This document shows positions 9,369-20,341 of a stretch of DNA of 64,000 bases, piece by piece. The position numbers and the translations under genes were made by a program. The stretch's first letter is position 1. Every line of letters begins with the position of its first letter. Source of the stretch: Longimicrobiales bacterium (lineage in GTDB: Bacteria; Gemmatimonadota; Gemmatimonadetes; Longimicrobiales; Gaopeijiaceae); contig CBDFIQ010000002.1 of the NCBI GenBank assembly GCA_965248195.1, positions 2,592,001-2,656,000 of the forward strand, in the 5' to 3' direction. The notes beneath the pieces were generated by a model. It had not been told where the DNA came from, made no database searches, and saw only the letters and a list, made by a program, of their open reading frames with translations.

Positions 9369-10387
9369 ATGATATCACCGTCGGTGACGACGTAGTCCTT
9401 CCCCTCGACCTGGAACCGCCCCGCGTCCTTCACGGCCTGCTCGGATCCGAACTCCATGAAAATCGCATGGGGAATCACTTCCGCCCGGATGAAGCCCCGC
9501 TCGAGATCGGAGTGAATGCGGCCCGCGGCCGGGCGTGCGTGCGTCCCGCGTCGGACTGTCCAGGCCCGCACTTCGTCTTCGCTGACCGTAAAAAATGAGA
9601 TGAGGTCCAGAAGGCCGTACGCCGTGCGGATGAAGCGCGCCAGCGCCGGCTCGCTGAGTCCAAGATCTTCCAGGAACGCGGCCTGATCGGCCCGCTCGAG
9701 CCCCGCGATCTCGGCCTCTACGCTCGCCGACAGCACCATACCGGCCGCATCCAGTTCCTCGAGCCGAGCGGCAATCCCCTCGGGCATGGGCTCGGCGGCC
9801 TCGATCTCGTCGCGATTCAGGGCCACGAGCAGCGGGCGGTCCGTGAGCAGGCCGTAGCCCCGCAGGTAGTCGCGATTCAGTTCCTCCCGTGTGAGCAGCC
9901 GTAAAGGGCGCTCCTCCTCGAGTGTCGACTTCATCACCTCGAACGCCGCCACCTCCTGGGCCTCGGCGCGCTCCTTCTTCGCCCGCTCGAGCCTACGAGC
10001 AACGATCTCGAGATCGGCGAACAAACACTCGGTGTCAAAGGCCTCGAGATCTCCGGCCGGGTCTGGATCACCCTCGATCGCAGGGTTCACGAAGTCACGC
10101 AGGACCAGGCAGAGCGCCTCCTGGTCTCGAATCTGGTGAAGTCCTCGGGGAGAAAGCCCCTTCTTCTCGGCCCCATGCTCGCCGGGAATGTCACAAAAGC
10201 TCACCTCGGCATAGGTCGTTTTCTTCGGGGAAAAAACGGCGGACAGCTCATCGATGCGCTCGTCCGGAACTCGTACCATGCCGAGTCGCAGTTCCCCGCC
10301 GAAGCCCACGGCTACGTCCATACCTGTCATGGCATTGAAGACGGTCGTCTTGCCTGAGCCCGCGAACCCGACCAGTCCTACTTTCAT
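9347..10387 (-). CDS. ychF: YchF family redox-regulated ATPase (Obg-related, C-terminal DUF933)
   Basis: MKVGLVG...GKTT, VPDERID, PKKTT, FFT..EDEVRAW, IHSDLERGFIRAEV, EGKDYVV.DGD..RFNV. Confidence 0.9.
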   Translation of the reverse strand: MKVGLVGFAGSGKTTVFNAMTGMDVAVGFGGELRLGMVRVPDERIDELSAVFSPKKTTYAEVSFCDIPGEHGAEKKGLSPRGLHQIRDQEALCLVLRDFVNPAIEGDPDPAGDLEAFDTECLFADLEIVARRLERAKKERAEAQEVAAFEVMKSTLEEERPLRLLTREELNRDYLRGYGLLTDRPLLVALNRDEIEAAEPMPEGIAARLEELDAAGMVLSASVEAEIAGLERADQAAFLEDLGLSEPALARFIRTAYGLLDLISFFTVSEDEVRAWTVRRGTHARPAAGRIHSDLERGFIRAEVIPHAIFMEFGSEQAVKDAGRFQVEGKDYVVTDGDIMHVRFNV

Positions 10388-10652
10388 TAACTCTCCGTGG
10401 AGTCGAGGCCTGCACGGTTCGCCGACCCGTAGCTGGTTTCCGGCGCCCCTAAGGCCGTTCGAGAGCTGGTCACGTCGTCGAAACGTCGGCCCAGTGAAGC
10501 GCCGGCCACAGTATAGCACAAGCGAGACTCGACGTATCCGCGCCGCTCCGCCGGACCACTTATGTGGCTCGTGTCGCCGCAAGATTTCTTCTCCGGTTGC
10601 TCCGGGAGGCTCGGTATATTTGAGAGTCCGCTCCGGAGGCACGACTCATACC

Positions 10653-11339
10653 ATGACACATCCCCTCGGTCCGCCAGACGGGACGACGTGGCACGACCTG
10701 AAGAATTGGTCGGTCGCATCCTTGATCGCCGCCAACCTGGTCCCGCTGTTCGGGACCCTGTTTCTCGGCTGGACCAGCGGAGACGTCCTGATCGTCTACT
10801 GGGTCGAAACCGCCGTAATCGGGTTCTACGCGATCCTGAAAATGCCCGTCGCCTGGGGTTGGTTCTCCCTGTTCTCCGTACCGTTTTTTATCGTCCACTT
10901 CGGCGTATTCCTCACTATCGCCGGCAGATTGGCGATCGGCGCCTACGTCTTGGTCGACGACGTCCCCGGCCAGGGAGGGGCAACGCTCGATCCCATCCGG
11001 GGCGAGCTGAGCGTGTTTGCGGCACTGATGCTCGCGAGTCACGGAGTTTCATTCGTGACCAACTTCATCGGCAAAAAGGAGTATCGGCTGCTGAAGAAGG
11101 ACCCGGAGCAGCTCATGGTCGCGCCGTACCGGCGTGTCTTCGTCATGATGGCGAGCGTCGTCGTGGGGGCAGTTCTCGTGTTTCTGACCGAGGCGCCCAG
11201 CGCGCTGATGAGCATCTTCATTGTGCTCAAGATCGTCGCCGATGTCATTGCGCACCTCAACGAACACGACATGATCCGAAGAGGTGGTGAGATGGTCCAA
11301 GGCGCTGGCGAACCGAGCCCAAGACCTGGCGAGGCTTGA
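10653..11339 (+). CDS. DUF6498-like membrane protein
   Basis: LIAANLVPLFG..FLGW, YWVET.VIG, FF.VHFG.F, PY.RV motifs. Confidence 0.75.
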   Translation: MTHPLGPPDGTTWHDLKNWSVASLIAANLVPLFGTLFLGWTSGDVLIVYWVETAVIGFYAILKMPVAWGWFSLFSVPFFIVHFGVFLTIAGRLAIGAYVLVDDVPGQGGATLDPIRGELSVFAALMLASHGVSFVTNFIGKKEYRLLKKDPEQLMVAPYRRVFVMMASVVVGAVLVFLTEAPSALMSIFIVLKIVADVIAHLNEHDMIRRGGEMVQGAGEPSPRPGEA

Positions 11340-11439
11340 CAGCGCTAGGGGCTCGTTCTATCTAGCAGTTGTTCGCGTCGCCTCAATAATTTGGACGGCG
11401 CCGTGGGCTGGGACCTTAACAGTGAAGCACGCAGCGACC

Positions 11440-11535
11440 ATGTCCAGAAACCTGTCTAGTCTCGGCATCCTCCGACTTACGGAGCTTACTCCTTTAGGGA
11501 GGGGGCATCGGTCTCTGGAAATCGGCACCGCCTGA
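11440..11535 (+). CDS. putative leu operon leader peptide MSRNLSSLGILRLTELTPLGRGHRSLEIGTA
   Basis: 7 Leu in 31 codons, directly upstream of a terminator and leuA. Confidence 0.65.
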   Translation: MSRNLSSLGILRLTELTPLGRGHRSLEIGTA

Positions 11536-11563
11536 CGGAACGAGACTGACACGCGGCGACGCG

Positions 11564-11600
11564 CGGGCCCTCTTAGTAACGAGGGGCCCGTTTTTATTTT
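11564..11600 (+). terminator. intrinsic terminator/attenuator upstream of leuA
   Basis: CGGGCCCTC...GAGGGGCCCG hairpin followed by TTTTTATTTT, 32 nt before the leuA ATG. Confidence 0.85.
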
Positions 11601-11632
11601 GACATAGGACTCGAAGCAGGGTAGGCACGATC

Positions 11633-13192
11633 ATGGCCAAGATCACGATTTTCGATACGACGTTGAGGGATGGCGAACAGTCGCCCGGGGCTACGATGTC
11701 CACGGCTGAGAAGCTCAGGATGGCGACCCAGCTCGACAAGCTGGGCGTGGATGTCATCGAGGCCGGGTTTCCCGTGGCCTCCGACGACGACTTCGAAGGC
11801 GTGCGCACCATCGTCAAGAAGGTCCGACGCCCTGTGATCGCGGCTCTCGCGCGAGCAAACGCGTTGGACGTCGATCGCGCGGGAGCGGCAGTCGAGGAAG
11901 CGGCCAGGCCCAGAATCCACGTCTTCCTGGCGACCTCCGATATTCACTTGAAGCACAAGCTGGAGATCGGGCGCGAGGAATGCGTGGAGCGGGTAGGTGA
12001 GGGCGTCGAACGTGCCAAGAAACTGGTGGACGACGTGGAATTCAGCCCCGAGGACGCCACCCGGACCGACGTGGCATTCCTCTGTCAGGTGGTTCAGGTG
12101 GCCGTCGAAGCCGGCGCCACGACCATCAACATCCCCGACACGGTCGGCTACACGTTACCGAGCGAGTATCGGTCCCTGATCGAGACGCTGTTCCGAGACG
12201 TCGAGGGTCTGGGGAACACTGTCGTCAGCGTGCATTGCCACGACGATCTCGGGCTCGCGGTGGCCAATTCCCTGGCCGCCCTGGAAGCGGGCGCCCGGCA
12301 AGTCGAATGTACGATCAACGGAATTGGTGAACGTGCCGGTAACGCCTCCCTCGAGGAAATCGTCATGGCGCTCAGGGTTCGGAAGGATCTGACCGAGCAC
12401 CACACGGACATCGGTACCAAGGAGCTCTACAAGACCAGCCAGCTGCTGTCCCACATCACGGGCATCCACCCTCAGCCCAACAAGGCGATCGTGGGCCGCA
12501 ACGCCTTTTCCCACGAAGCCGGTATTCACCAGCACGGTATGCTGAAGGAGCGCATGACGTACGAGATCATGACTCCGGAAATGGTGGGCGCCCCCGGGAC
12601 GCGTCTGGTCTTGGGCAAACACTCCGGACGGCACGGCCTGCGCAATCGGTACCAGGAGCTCGGGTACGACCTGAGTGATGAGGAACTCGATCAAGCCTAC
12701 AAGCTGTTCACCCTCCTTGCAGACCAGAAAAAATCGATCCTCGACGAAGACCTCCTGGTCATTCTACATCACGGTGCGATGAAGGACGCACCCGAGTCGT
12801 TCCGGCTGGTCGAGCTGGATGTGAACTGCGGAGGCAAGTGGTCCACTGCACGAGTCAGGGTGTCGCACCGCGATGGACCCCCGAGAGAGGCGTCCGGAAA
12901 AGGCGACGGGCCCATCGCCGCGGCCTTCTCGGCAATCGACGAGCTGACCGACGCCACAGTCGAGATCATAGATTTCGAAATCGTGGCGGCCACCCCAGGC
13001 AGGGATGCGATTGGCGAGGTGAACCTTCACGCTCGTATTGGCGGACGAACGTTCGCTGGCCGGGGCGCCTCGACCGACGTGGTGCACGCTGCCGCCCGCG
13101 CCTATATCAACGCGCTCAATAAGGCTGAACAGGCCGAGGCCCTCGGGGAGGTGGAGTTGGAGAAGGAGAGTTCGCTGGGAGGCCGGGCGTGA
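11633..13192 (+). CDS. leuA: 2-isopropylmalate synthase
   Basis: [33 protein letters not shown]-terminal regulatory domain. Confidence 0.95.
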   Translation: MAKITIFDTTLRDGEQSPGATMSTAEKLRMATQLDKLGVDVIEAGFPVASDDDFEGVRTIVKKVRRPVIAALARANALDVDRAGAAVEEAARPRIHVFLATSDIHLKHKLEIGREECVERVGEGVERAKKLVDDVEFSPEDATRTDVAFLCQVVQVAVEAGATTINIPDTVGYTLPSEYRSLIETLFRDVEGLGNTVVSVHCHDDLGLAVANSLAALEAGARQVECTINGIGERAGNASLEEIVMALRVRKDLTEHHTDIGTKELYKTSQLLSHITGIHPQPNKAIVGRNAFSHEAGIHQHGMLKERMTYEIMTPEMVGAPGTRLVLGKHSGRHGLRNRYQELGYDLSDEELDQAYKLFTLLADQKKSILDEDLLVILHHGAMKDAPESFRLVELDVNCGGKWSTARVRVSHRDGPPREASGKGDGPIAAAFSAIDELTDATVEIIDFEIVAATPGRDAIGEVNLHARIGGRTFAGRGASTDVVHAAARAYINALNKAEQAEALGEVELEKESSLGGRA

Positions 13193-14277
13193 GGTGGCGG
13201 ATCGCGGTTCTCGGTGGAGACGGTGTCGGTCCCGAGGTCATGGAGGCGTCCCTCGATGTGCTGCGAGCGACGGCAGGGCAATTCGGGCATGAGCTCACCG
13301 CCGACGTCCAAGACGTGGGGTTCGCCGCATACGAGCGGAGTGGGAACCCGCTCCCGGAGGAGACACTGACCGCCTGCCGCAGCGCTGACGCGGTACTCCT
13401 CGGGGCAGTCGGAGATCCGCGCTCCGAGGGGGTGCCCGTCGAGCTGCGTCCGGAGGCCGCGCTCCTGGCCCTTCGTAAGGAGATGGGGTGCTACGCCAAT
13501 CTCCGCCCGGTTCGCCTTCTCCCCGCTTTGGCTTCGGCCTCTCCGTTACGCCCTGAAATCGTGGACGGCACTGACCTTTTGATCGTCCGCGAGTTGGCCG
13601 GCGGGCTCTATTACAGCGAGCCGCGTGGCCCGGTGGAGGACGGACGGGCCGCGGTGGACACCATGAGGTACCACCAGGACGAAGTAGGCCGCATCGCACG
13701 GGTGGCTTTCGAGGCGGCGCGGGAGCGGAAAAAGAGCGTGCTCTCGGTCGACAAGGCCAACGTGCTGCACAGCTCACGACTCTGGCACCGGGTGGTTGAC
13801 CAGATCGCCGAGGAGTATCCGGACGTCGAGTGCGACCACATGCTGGTCGATCGTGCGGCCATGGAGCTCGTGCTGAACCCTTCGAGCTTCGACGTCGTGC
13901 TGACGCCCAACCTGTTCGGTGACGTGCTCAGCGATGAGGCCGCCGCGGTCGTCGGATCCATCGGCTTGCTGGCCTCCGCAAGCATCGGCGGCGGTGGTGG
14001 TATCTTCGAGCCGGTACACGGGTCCGCTCCGGACATCGCAGGAACCGGAACCGCCAACCCCCTTGCGATGATCCTCTCGGCCGCGCTCCTGCTCCGCCAC
14101 GTCTACTCGCTCGAGGCAGAGTCCGCGGCCATTGAGAACGCGGTGGGACAGGTGCTGGAAGACGGCCTTCGTACGAGGGACCTCGTCGCAGATGGTGAGG
14201 GAGCAGTCGGAACGGCAGAGATGGGGGCGGCGGTCGCGGGCGCGATCTCGAAAGCGGAGGTAGGGGCCGATGCCTAG
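13189..14277 (+). CDS. leuB: 3-isopropylmalate dehydrogenase
   Basis: [52 protein letters not shown]. Confidence 0.95.
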   Translation: MRWRIAVLGGDGVGPEVMEASLDVLRATAGQFGHELTADVQDVGFAAYERSGNPLPEETLTACRSADAVLLGAVGDPRSEGVPVELRPEAALLALRKEMGCYANLRPVRLLPALASASPLRPEIVDGTDLLIVRELAGGLYYSEPRGPVEDGRAAVDTMRYHQDEVGRIARVAFEAARERKKSVLSVDKANVLHSSRLWHRVVDQIAEEYPDVECDHMLVDRAAMELVLNPSSFDVVLTPNLFGDVLSDEAAAVVGSIGLLASASIGGGGGIFEPVHGSAPDIAGTGTANPLAMILSAALLLRHVYSLEAESAAIENAVGQVLEDGLRTRDLVADGEGAVGTAEMGAAVAGAISKAEVGADA

Positions 14278-15670
14278 CACGATGCTCGACAAAATCTGGG
14301 ATGCACACGTGGTTCACAGCGAGGCCGACCGGCCGGACCTGATCTACATCGACCTGCACCTCATCCACGAGGTGACTTCACCCCAGGCGTTCGAGGGGCT
14401 CCGGCTCGCTGGACGCCGGGTGCGACGGCCCGACCTGTGCGTGGCCACGGTGGACCACAACGTGCCGACCACCGATCGGTCCCTTCCGATCCTGGACGAT
14501 CTCGCTCGGACCCAGATGGAGACGCTGGCGAAAAATACCGAGGAGTTCGGCATCACGCTCTACGACATCGACAGCCCTCACCAGGGAATCGTGCACGTGA
14601 TGGGACCGGAGATGGGGCTCACCCAACCCGGCCTGACCATCGTCTGCGGCGACAGCCACACCTCCACCCACGGCGCCTTCGGAGCACTCGCGTTCGGTAT
14701 CGGAACGTCGCAGGTGGAGCACGTGCTGGCGACGCAGTGCCTGCCGATGTCCCGTCCGCAATCGATGGAAATTCGGGTGAACGGCGATCTCCCTCAAGGT
14801 GTCACGGCCAAGGATCTGATTCTGGCGATCATCAGCCAGATCGGAGTGGCCGGTGGCGTTGGGCACGTGATCGAGTATACGGGAGCAGCCGTGCGCGCCC
14901 TCTCCATGGAAGCCCGCATGACCGTGTGCAACATGTCGATCGAGGCCGGCGCGCGGGCGGGAATGATCGCGCCCGACGACGAGACCGTGCGCTATCTGCG
15001 GGGCCGGCCGAACGCTCCCAAAGGAAACGCTTTCGACGAGGCGGCCGCCCGATGGCTAGAGCTCCGCACGGACGCGGACGCCGTTTTCGACCAGACGGTG
15101 GAGATCGACGCCGCCTCGTTGGAGCCCTACGTGACGTGGGGCACCAATCCGGGGATGTCGGTGGGCGTCACGGGCACGGTACCGGGCCCGGCACCGGATG
15201 GATCCCCGGATGACCGAGAGGCGGTGGAGAGGGCGCTGGCGTACATGGCGCTCGAGCCGGGCACGCCCATCCAGGAGGTCGAAATCGACCGGGTCTTCGT
15301 CGGCTCCTGCACGAACTCCCGCATCGAAGACCTTCGGGTCGCGGCAGGTGTCCTGGACGGTAAGCACGTGCACGAAAGGGTACGTGCGATGGTCGTTCCG
15401 GGCTCGGCGGCCGTGAAGCGAATGGCCGAGGAGGAGGGGTTGGACCGAATCTTCCGAGCCGCGGGCTTCGAGTGGCGTGAAGCGGGATGCTCGATGTGCC
15501 TTGGTATGAACCCTGATGTCCTGGGCCCGGGCGAGCGATGCGCCTCCACCTCGAACCGGAACTTCGAGGGACGGCAAGGTCGCGGGGGACGGACGCACCT
15601 GGTGAGCCCGGCCATGGCGGCCGCGGCCGCGGTGTCGGGACATTTCGTCGACGTGAGGGAGTGGGTCTAG
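14270..15670 (+). CDS. leuC: 3-isopropylmalate dehydratase large subunit
   Basis: [54 protein letters not shown]. Confidence 0.97.
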   Translation: MPSTMLDKIWDAHVVHSEADRPDLIYIDLHLIHEVTSPQAFEGLRLAGRRVRRPDLCVATVDHNVPTTDRSLPILDDLARTQMETLAKNTEEFGITLYDIDSPHQGIVHVMGPEMGLTQPGLTIVCGDSHTSTHGAFGALAFGIGTSQVEHVLATQCLPMSRPQSMEIRVNGDLPQGVTAKDLILAIISQIGVAGGVGHVIEYTGAAVRALSMEARMTVCNMSIEAGARAGMIAPDDETVRYLRGRPNAPKGNAFDEAAARWLELRTDADAVFDQTVEIDAASLEPYVTWGTNPGMSVGVTGTVPGPAPDGSPDDREAVERALAYMALEPGTPIQEVEIDRVFVGSCTNSRIEDLRVAAGVLDGKHVHERVRAMVVPGSAAVKRMAEEEGLDRIFRAAGFEWREAGCSMCLGMNPDVLGPGERCASTSNRNFEGRQGRGGRTHLVSPAMAAAAAVSGHFVDVREWV

Positions 15671-15672
15671 CG

Positions 15673-16263
15673 ATGAATGCGTTCGTCTCTCATACGGGCA
15701 GGGTCACGCCGCTGGATCGCGTGGACGTCGACACCGACCAGATCATTCCCAAGCAATTTCTGAAGCGGATCGAACGGACCGGATACGGGGAGTTTCTTTT
15801 CCACGACTGGCGCGCCCTGGAAGACGGCTCGCCCGACCCCGATTTCGTGCTCAACAGGTCCGAGTACAAGGGAGGAGCGGTTCTGGTGGCGGGGCGGAAC
15901 TTCGGGTGTGGGTCCTCTCGAGAGCACGCGCCGTGGGCACTGCAGGACTATGGCTTTCGCGCGGTTATCTCATCCAGCTTCGCCGACATCTTCATGAGCA
16001 ACTGCTACCAGAATGGGCTGTTGCCCGTCGAACTGGCAGATACCGACGTGGCCCACATCATGGCCGCCGCACTCGCGGGAGACGGCTACGAGGTCACCGT
16101 GGATCTTGAAGCCCAAGAAGTTCGGGATGGCAGCGGCTGGACCGCCAATTTTTCGATCGACCCTTTCCGACGTCACTGCCTGATGAGCGGCCTGGACGAC
16201 ATCGGCCTTACGCTTACGCTCGAGAGTGAGATTCAGGCGTTCGAAGAAGCGAGGAGCAGCTAG
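15673..16263 (+). CDS. leuD: 3-isopropylmalate dehydratase small subunit
   Basis: DVDTDQIIPKQFLK, NFGCGSSREHAPWAL, GLDDIGLTL. Confidence 0.97.
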   Translation: MNAFVSHTGRVTPLDRVDVDTDQIIPKQFLKRIERTGYGEFLFHDWRALEDGSPDPDFVLNRSEYKGGAVLVAGRNFGCGSSREHAPWALQDYGFRAVISSSFADIFMSNCYQNGLLPVELADTDVAHIMAAALAGDGYEVTVDLEAQEVRDGSGWTANFSIDPFRRHCLMSGLDDIGLTLTLESEIQAFEEARSS

Positions 16264-16291
16264 GCCCGATTAGCGATTGCTAAGGTGGGCT

Positions 16292-17974
16292 CTAGCTGGT
16301 CGTCGCCCCGCTCGCGGCCGACGACACCAGTTTCGCGTACTTCGCCATCACCCCCCGCTTGATCCCCCGATCGATCGGCGTCCACTCCGCCGCCCGACGG
16401 CTCAACTCCTGACCGTCGACATCCACGGTAAGTGTACGTTTTTCGATGTCGAAGGTGATCGCGTCTCCGTCCCGTACCCCCGCGATGGGCCCACCGGCGA
16501 CCGCCTCGGGCGCGACGTGCCCGGCCATTATTCCGTGCGTCGCGCCGGAAAAGCGTCCGTCCGTCATCAAGCCGACTGACTCGCCGAGGCCTGCGCCGGA
16601 CAGGGCGGCGGTAACCGCCAGCATCTCCCTCATCCCTGGTCCGCCGCGCGGCCCTTCACCACGGATCACGACGACGTCTCCCTCCTGGATCTCGCCATTC
16701 TGAACCGCCTCGAACGCAGACTCTTCGCCCTCGAACACACGGGCCGGGCCCTCGTGGAAAGTCCGCGCGGTACCGGCGATTTTCAGCACGCAGCCGTCCG
16801 GCGCGAGGTTGCCGTGGAGCACGACGAGGCCGCCCTGTGGTTTGAGCGGATCGTCGAGCGTCCGCACGACCTCCTGGCTCGGCGCCTCGGTGGCGTCCTC
16901 GACCTCCTCGGCCAGCGTGCGTCCGGTCACGGTCATGGCATCACCGTGCAGGAGCCCCGCCTCTAGAAGGCGTCGTAACACCAGCGCCACGCCGCCGGCC
17001 CGATGAAGGTCGGTCGCCACAAACCGCCCGCCCGGCTTCAGATCGGCGATCAGCGGAGTTCGCGCGCTGATCTCGTCGAAGTCGCGAATCCCTAGTTCCA
17101 CATCGGCCTCGTGCGCCAGGGCAAGGAGATGCAGAACCGAGTTGGTCGATCCTCCGGTCGCCACAGCGGCCGCGATCCCGTTCTCCAGGCTCTCCCTGGT
17201 GATGAGGTCGCACGCCTTCAGCCCGGACTCGACCAACTCCACGGCCAGCCGGCCACACGACCGCGCGACTTCCTCCTTGGCGGGGTCGATCGCGGGAACG
17301 GAGCCACTCCCCATCGGCGACACACCCATGGCCTCGAACACGGTGGCCATGGTGTTGGCCGTGAACTGGCCTCCGCACGCACCGGCGCCCGGACACGCGG
17401 CCCGTTCCAGCGAATCCAACTCCGCTTCCGTGATTCGGCCGGCCGCACAGGCACCGATGCCCTCGAAGACGTCCTGAATCGTGACGTCTTTGCCGTTGTG
17501 ACGACCCGGTTGGATCGAACCCCCATAAAGCATGAGAGACGGGCGATTGAGGCGGGCCATTGCCATCACGGTACCCGGGATGGTCTTGTCACAGCCCGAA
17601 AGTGTCACCACGCCGTCGAAAAAGTACGCCCGTCCCACCAACTCGATGGAGTCCGCCACGACCTCCCGGCTCACGAGAGAGGCAGTCATCCCGGCGGTGC
17701 CCATCGTAATTCCGTCCGACACCGCGATGGTGTTGAACTGAAGGGCGACGCCACCGGCCTCGCGAACGCCCTCTTTGACCCATTCGCCCAGATCTCGAAG
17801 ATGCGCGTTACAGGGCGTCGTGTCGGTCCACGTGTTCGCGATCCCGATCAGTGGGCGACCGAAATCATCATCCTGAAGTCCCACAGCACGGAGCATCGCT
17901 CGGGCCGCCGCCCGGTCGCGCCCGAGAACGAGCTGGTGGCTGATCAAGGGGAGCGTCAACAACCCTTCACTCAC
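16292..17974 (-). CDS. ilvD: dihydroxy-acid dehydratase
   Basis: [49 protein letters not shown] overlaps the ilvE stop. Confidence 0.95.
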   Translation of the reverse strand: MSEGLLTLPLISHQLVLGRDRAAARAMLRAVGLQDDDFGRPLIGIANTWTDTTPCNAHLRDLGEWVKEGVREAGGVALQFNTIAVSDGITMGTAGMTASLVSREVVADSIELVGRAYFFDGVVTLSGCDKTIPGTVMAMARLNRPSLMLYGGSIQPGRHNGKDVTIQDVFEGIGACAAGRITEAELDSLERAACPGAGACGGQFTANTMATVFEAMGVSPMGSGSVPAIDPAKEEVARSCGRLAVELVESGLKACDLITRESLENGIAAAVATGGSTNSVLHLLALAHEADVELGIRDFDEISARTPLIADLKPGGRFVATDLHRAGGVALVLRRLLEAGLLHGDAMTVTGRTLAEEVEDATEAPSQEVVRTLDDPLKPQGGLVVLHGNLAPDGCVLKIAGTARTFHEGPARVFEGEESAFEAVQNGEIQEGDVVVIRGEGPRGGPGMREMLAVTAALSGAGLGESVGLMTDGRFSGATHGIMAGHVAPEAVAGGPIAGVRDGDAITFDIEKRTLTVDVDGQELSRRAAEWTPIDRGIKRGVMAKYAKLVSSAASGATTS

Positions 17975-18948
17975 AGAACCACCTCGCTCGCAGGGTGTTT
18001 GATGGGCTCGAGCCATCCATACCGATCCGGACGCTCCCCGGTCGCGATCCCGAGATATTCCTTTTGAAGAGACTGGGTGATCGGACCCACCCCACCACCT
18101 CCGACCTCGATTCGGTCGACGCTACGCACCGGGGTGATCTCCGACGCGGTCCCGGTGAAGAACAGTTCGTCGGCGATGTACAACATTTCCCTGGGGATCG
18201 CTTGCTCGCGCGTCGGAATACCGAGGTTCGCAGCTAGCTTGAGGATCGAATCACGCGTGATCCCGTTCAAGAGCGTACCGTCGATCCGTGGCGTGTAGAG
18301 GATGCCGGCGTCGACAACGAAGAGGTTCTGGCCGCTCCCCTCGCTTACGAGCCCGTCGGGGCCGAGACCGATCGCCTCCGCGTACCCGTTCTCCTCCGCC
18401 TCCAACCGCATGAGTTGGCTGATCACGTAGTTTCCACCTGCCTTGGCGAGCGTCGGCAATGTGTTGGGCGCCGGACGCGTCCAGGTCGAAACGCAGACGT
18501 CCACACCCTCCTGGAGGGCCTCCGTCCCCAGATACTGCCCCCAAGGCCAACAGAGGATGTAGGTCTCGACCGGGCTCTTTCCGGGATGCAGTCCCAGCGC
18601 TCCGAGGCCCCGGAGAGCCACCGGGCGAAGATATCCCGCCCCCAAGCCGTTTCGATTCACGACTTCCCGGCATGCGTCGGCGAGCTCATCTAAGCTCAGC
18701 TCAAGGTCCATTCGGTAGATGCGCGCTGAATTCGAGAAGCGCCGCATGTGGTCGGAGAGCCGGAAAGCGGCCGGTCCATGCGGCGTGTCGTAGAACCGGA
18801 TGCCCTCGAAGACGGAGGATCCGTAGTGTACCACGTGGCTCATCACATGGATTTGCGCGTCGTCCCATGGGATGATCTCGCCGTTGTGCCAGATCCACTC
18901 CGTGCGTTCAGGAAGTTCGTTGGCCTTCCCCCGCTGCCCCTTACTCAT
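17971..18948 (-). CDS. ilvE: branched-chain amino acid aminotransferase
   Basis: [44 protein letters not shown]. Confidence 0.95.
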   Translation of the reverse strand: MSKGQRGKANELPERTEWIWHNGEIIPWDDAQIHVMSHVVHYGSSVFEGIRFYDTPHGPAAFRLSDHMRRFSNSARIYRMDLELSLDELADACREVVNRNGLGAGYLRPVALRGLGALGLHPGKSPVETYILCWPWGQYLGTEALQEGVDVCVSTWTRPAPNTLPTLAKAGGNYVISQLMRLEAEENGYAEAIGLGPDGLVSEGSGQNLFVVDAGILYTPRIDGTLLNGITRDSILKLAANLGIPTREQAIPREMLYIADELFFTGTASEITPVRSVDRIEVGGGGVGPITQSLQKEYLGIATGERPDRYGWLEPIKHPASEVVL

Positions 18949-19949
18949 AGCCAGGACATGCGCCCGCGAAGCGCATCCCCCGTGGTTTCGAGGATGTGGG
19001 CGCGTTCCTCCTGCCGGCGGCGCTCGAAGTTCGGCGCACCACAACGCGCCTCCTCGATCCATTTCTTGGCAAAGGCGCCGGATTGGATCTCGTCGAGAAC
19101 CTCTCGCATGGCCGTTCGGCTGGCCTCTCCAATCACACGGCGACCACTTACGTAATCCCCCCACTCGGCGGTGTCGCTGATCTCGGCCCGCATCCCCGAG
19201 AGTCCCTTCGCGTACGCGAGATCGATGATCAGCTTCATTTCGTGCAGGCACTCGAAGTAGGCGAGACGCGGATCGTACCCCGCGTCGACCAGAGTCTCGA
19301 ATCCGGCTTTGACGAGCTCGCTGAGGCCACCACACAACACCGCCTGCTCGCCGAAGAGATCCGTTTCGGTCTCCGCACCGAACGTCGTCTGTAGAACACC
19401 CGTACGCGTGGAACCGAGCCCAGCCGCATACGCCAACGCGAAGTCGAGAGCCTTCCCGCTCGCGTCGTGATGCACGCCAACGAGCGCGGGAACGCCGCGA
19501 CCGGCCACGTACTCCGCCCGGACCATCTGTCCGGGTGACTTCGGCGCGATCAGAACCGTATCGACACCCTTGGGTGGATCGATCTCGCCGTAGTGGATAT
19601 TGAATCCGTGCGCGAACGCAAGGATGTCTCCGTCGGATAGGTTCGGCTCCACCTCGGTGTGATAAACAGCAGCCTGCTTCGTATCCGGAATCAGGAGCGC
19701 CACCACGTCGGCCCACGCGGCCGCCTCGGCCACCGTCTTCACTTCGAACCCCTGCTCGCGAGCCGCATCAGCGGATGGGCTGCCCTCGTAGAGTCCCACG
19801 ACCACGGACACGCCACTGTCACGCAGATTCAGTGCATGGGCGTGCCCCTGACTCCCGAACCCGATGATCGCGACCCGTCGGTCGGCGAGAAGGGAGGGGT
19901 CCGCGTCAGCGGCCTCGAAGAATCGGGCTGTCTCCACCTGTTCACTCAT
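18945..19949 (-). CDS. ilvC: ketol-acid reductoisomerase
   Basis: GFGSQGHAHALNLRDSG, APKSPG, ETETDLFGEQAVLCGG, AYFECLHE. Confidence 0.97.
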   Translation of the reverse strand: MSEQVETARFFEAADADPSLLADRRVAIIGFGSQGHAHALNLRDSGVSVVVGLYEGSPSADAAREQGFEVKTVAEAAAWADVVALLIPDTKQAAVYHTEVEPNLSDGDILAFAHGFNIHYGEIDPPKGVDTVLIAPKSPGQMVRAEYVAGRGVPALVGVHHDASGKALDFALAYAAGLGSTRTGVLQTTFGAETETDLFGEQAVLCGGLSELVKAGFETLVDAGYDPRLAYFECLHEMKLIIDLAYAKGLSGMRAEISDTAEWGDYVSGRRVIGEASRTAMREVLDEIQSGAFAKKWIEEARCGAPNFERRRQEERAHILETTGDALRGRMSWL

Positions 19950-20035
19950 GGTGTCATCCTCAGGTCAACTTGAGTTTCAAAGTCAGTAATTCTGTAAGCT
20001 CTGCGCCCCCAGATGGCAACGGCGTGTCGTAATGT

Positions 20036-20077
20036 AAACAAAGAGAAGCGGACCCTCCCGATCCCGAGAGGGTCCGC
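20036..20077 (-). terminator. intrinsic terminator/attenuator upstream of ilvC
   Basis: Minus strand GCGGACCCTCTCG-GGAT-CGGGAGGGTCCGC (13-bp stem including one G-U) followed by TTCTCTTTGTTT. Confidence 0.85.
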
Positions 20078-20104
20078 CGTGTCACTCTTGCCTCTGCGTC
20101 CGGG

Positions 20105-20212
20105 CTAGGTCACTCCGGGCGAGGCGCACGCGGGCCCTCTCTCGACGAACTCAACCACGAGCCCGTCGAGCCCAATAACGCTGACCACGACCCTCGGCAT
20201 GCGACTGGCCAT
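20105..20212 (-). CDS. putative ilv operon leader peptide (MASR)MPRVVVSVIGLDGLVVEFVERGPACASPGVT
   Basis: 10 Val/Ile/Leu in a 16-codon stretch, including VVV; ends 27 nt before the terminator; alternative ATG at 20200. Confidence 0.75.
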   Translation of the reverse strand: MASRMPRVVVSVIGLDGLVVEFVERGPACASPGVT

Positions 20213-20341
20213 CAAGTGCCCATCCTTCGGTTGTACTTGTACTTCTTGCGTCCATTCCTCATCGCGGACGCGAACCCGCCAAGAAACCATCTCACGCTTG
20301 GGAAGTCAAGAGAGGAACTCTCGATCAAGCGGAATCTTCGA

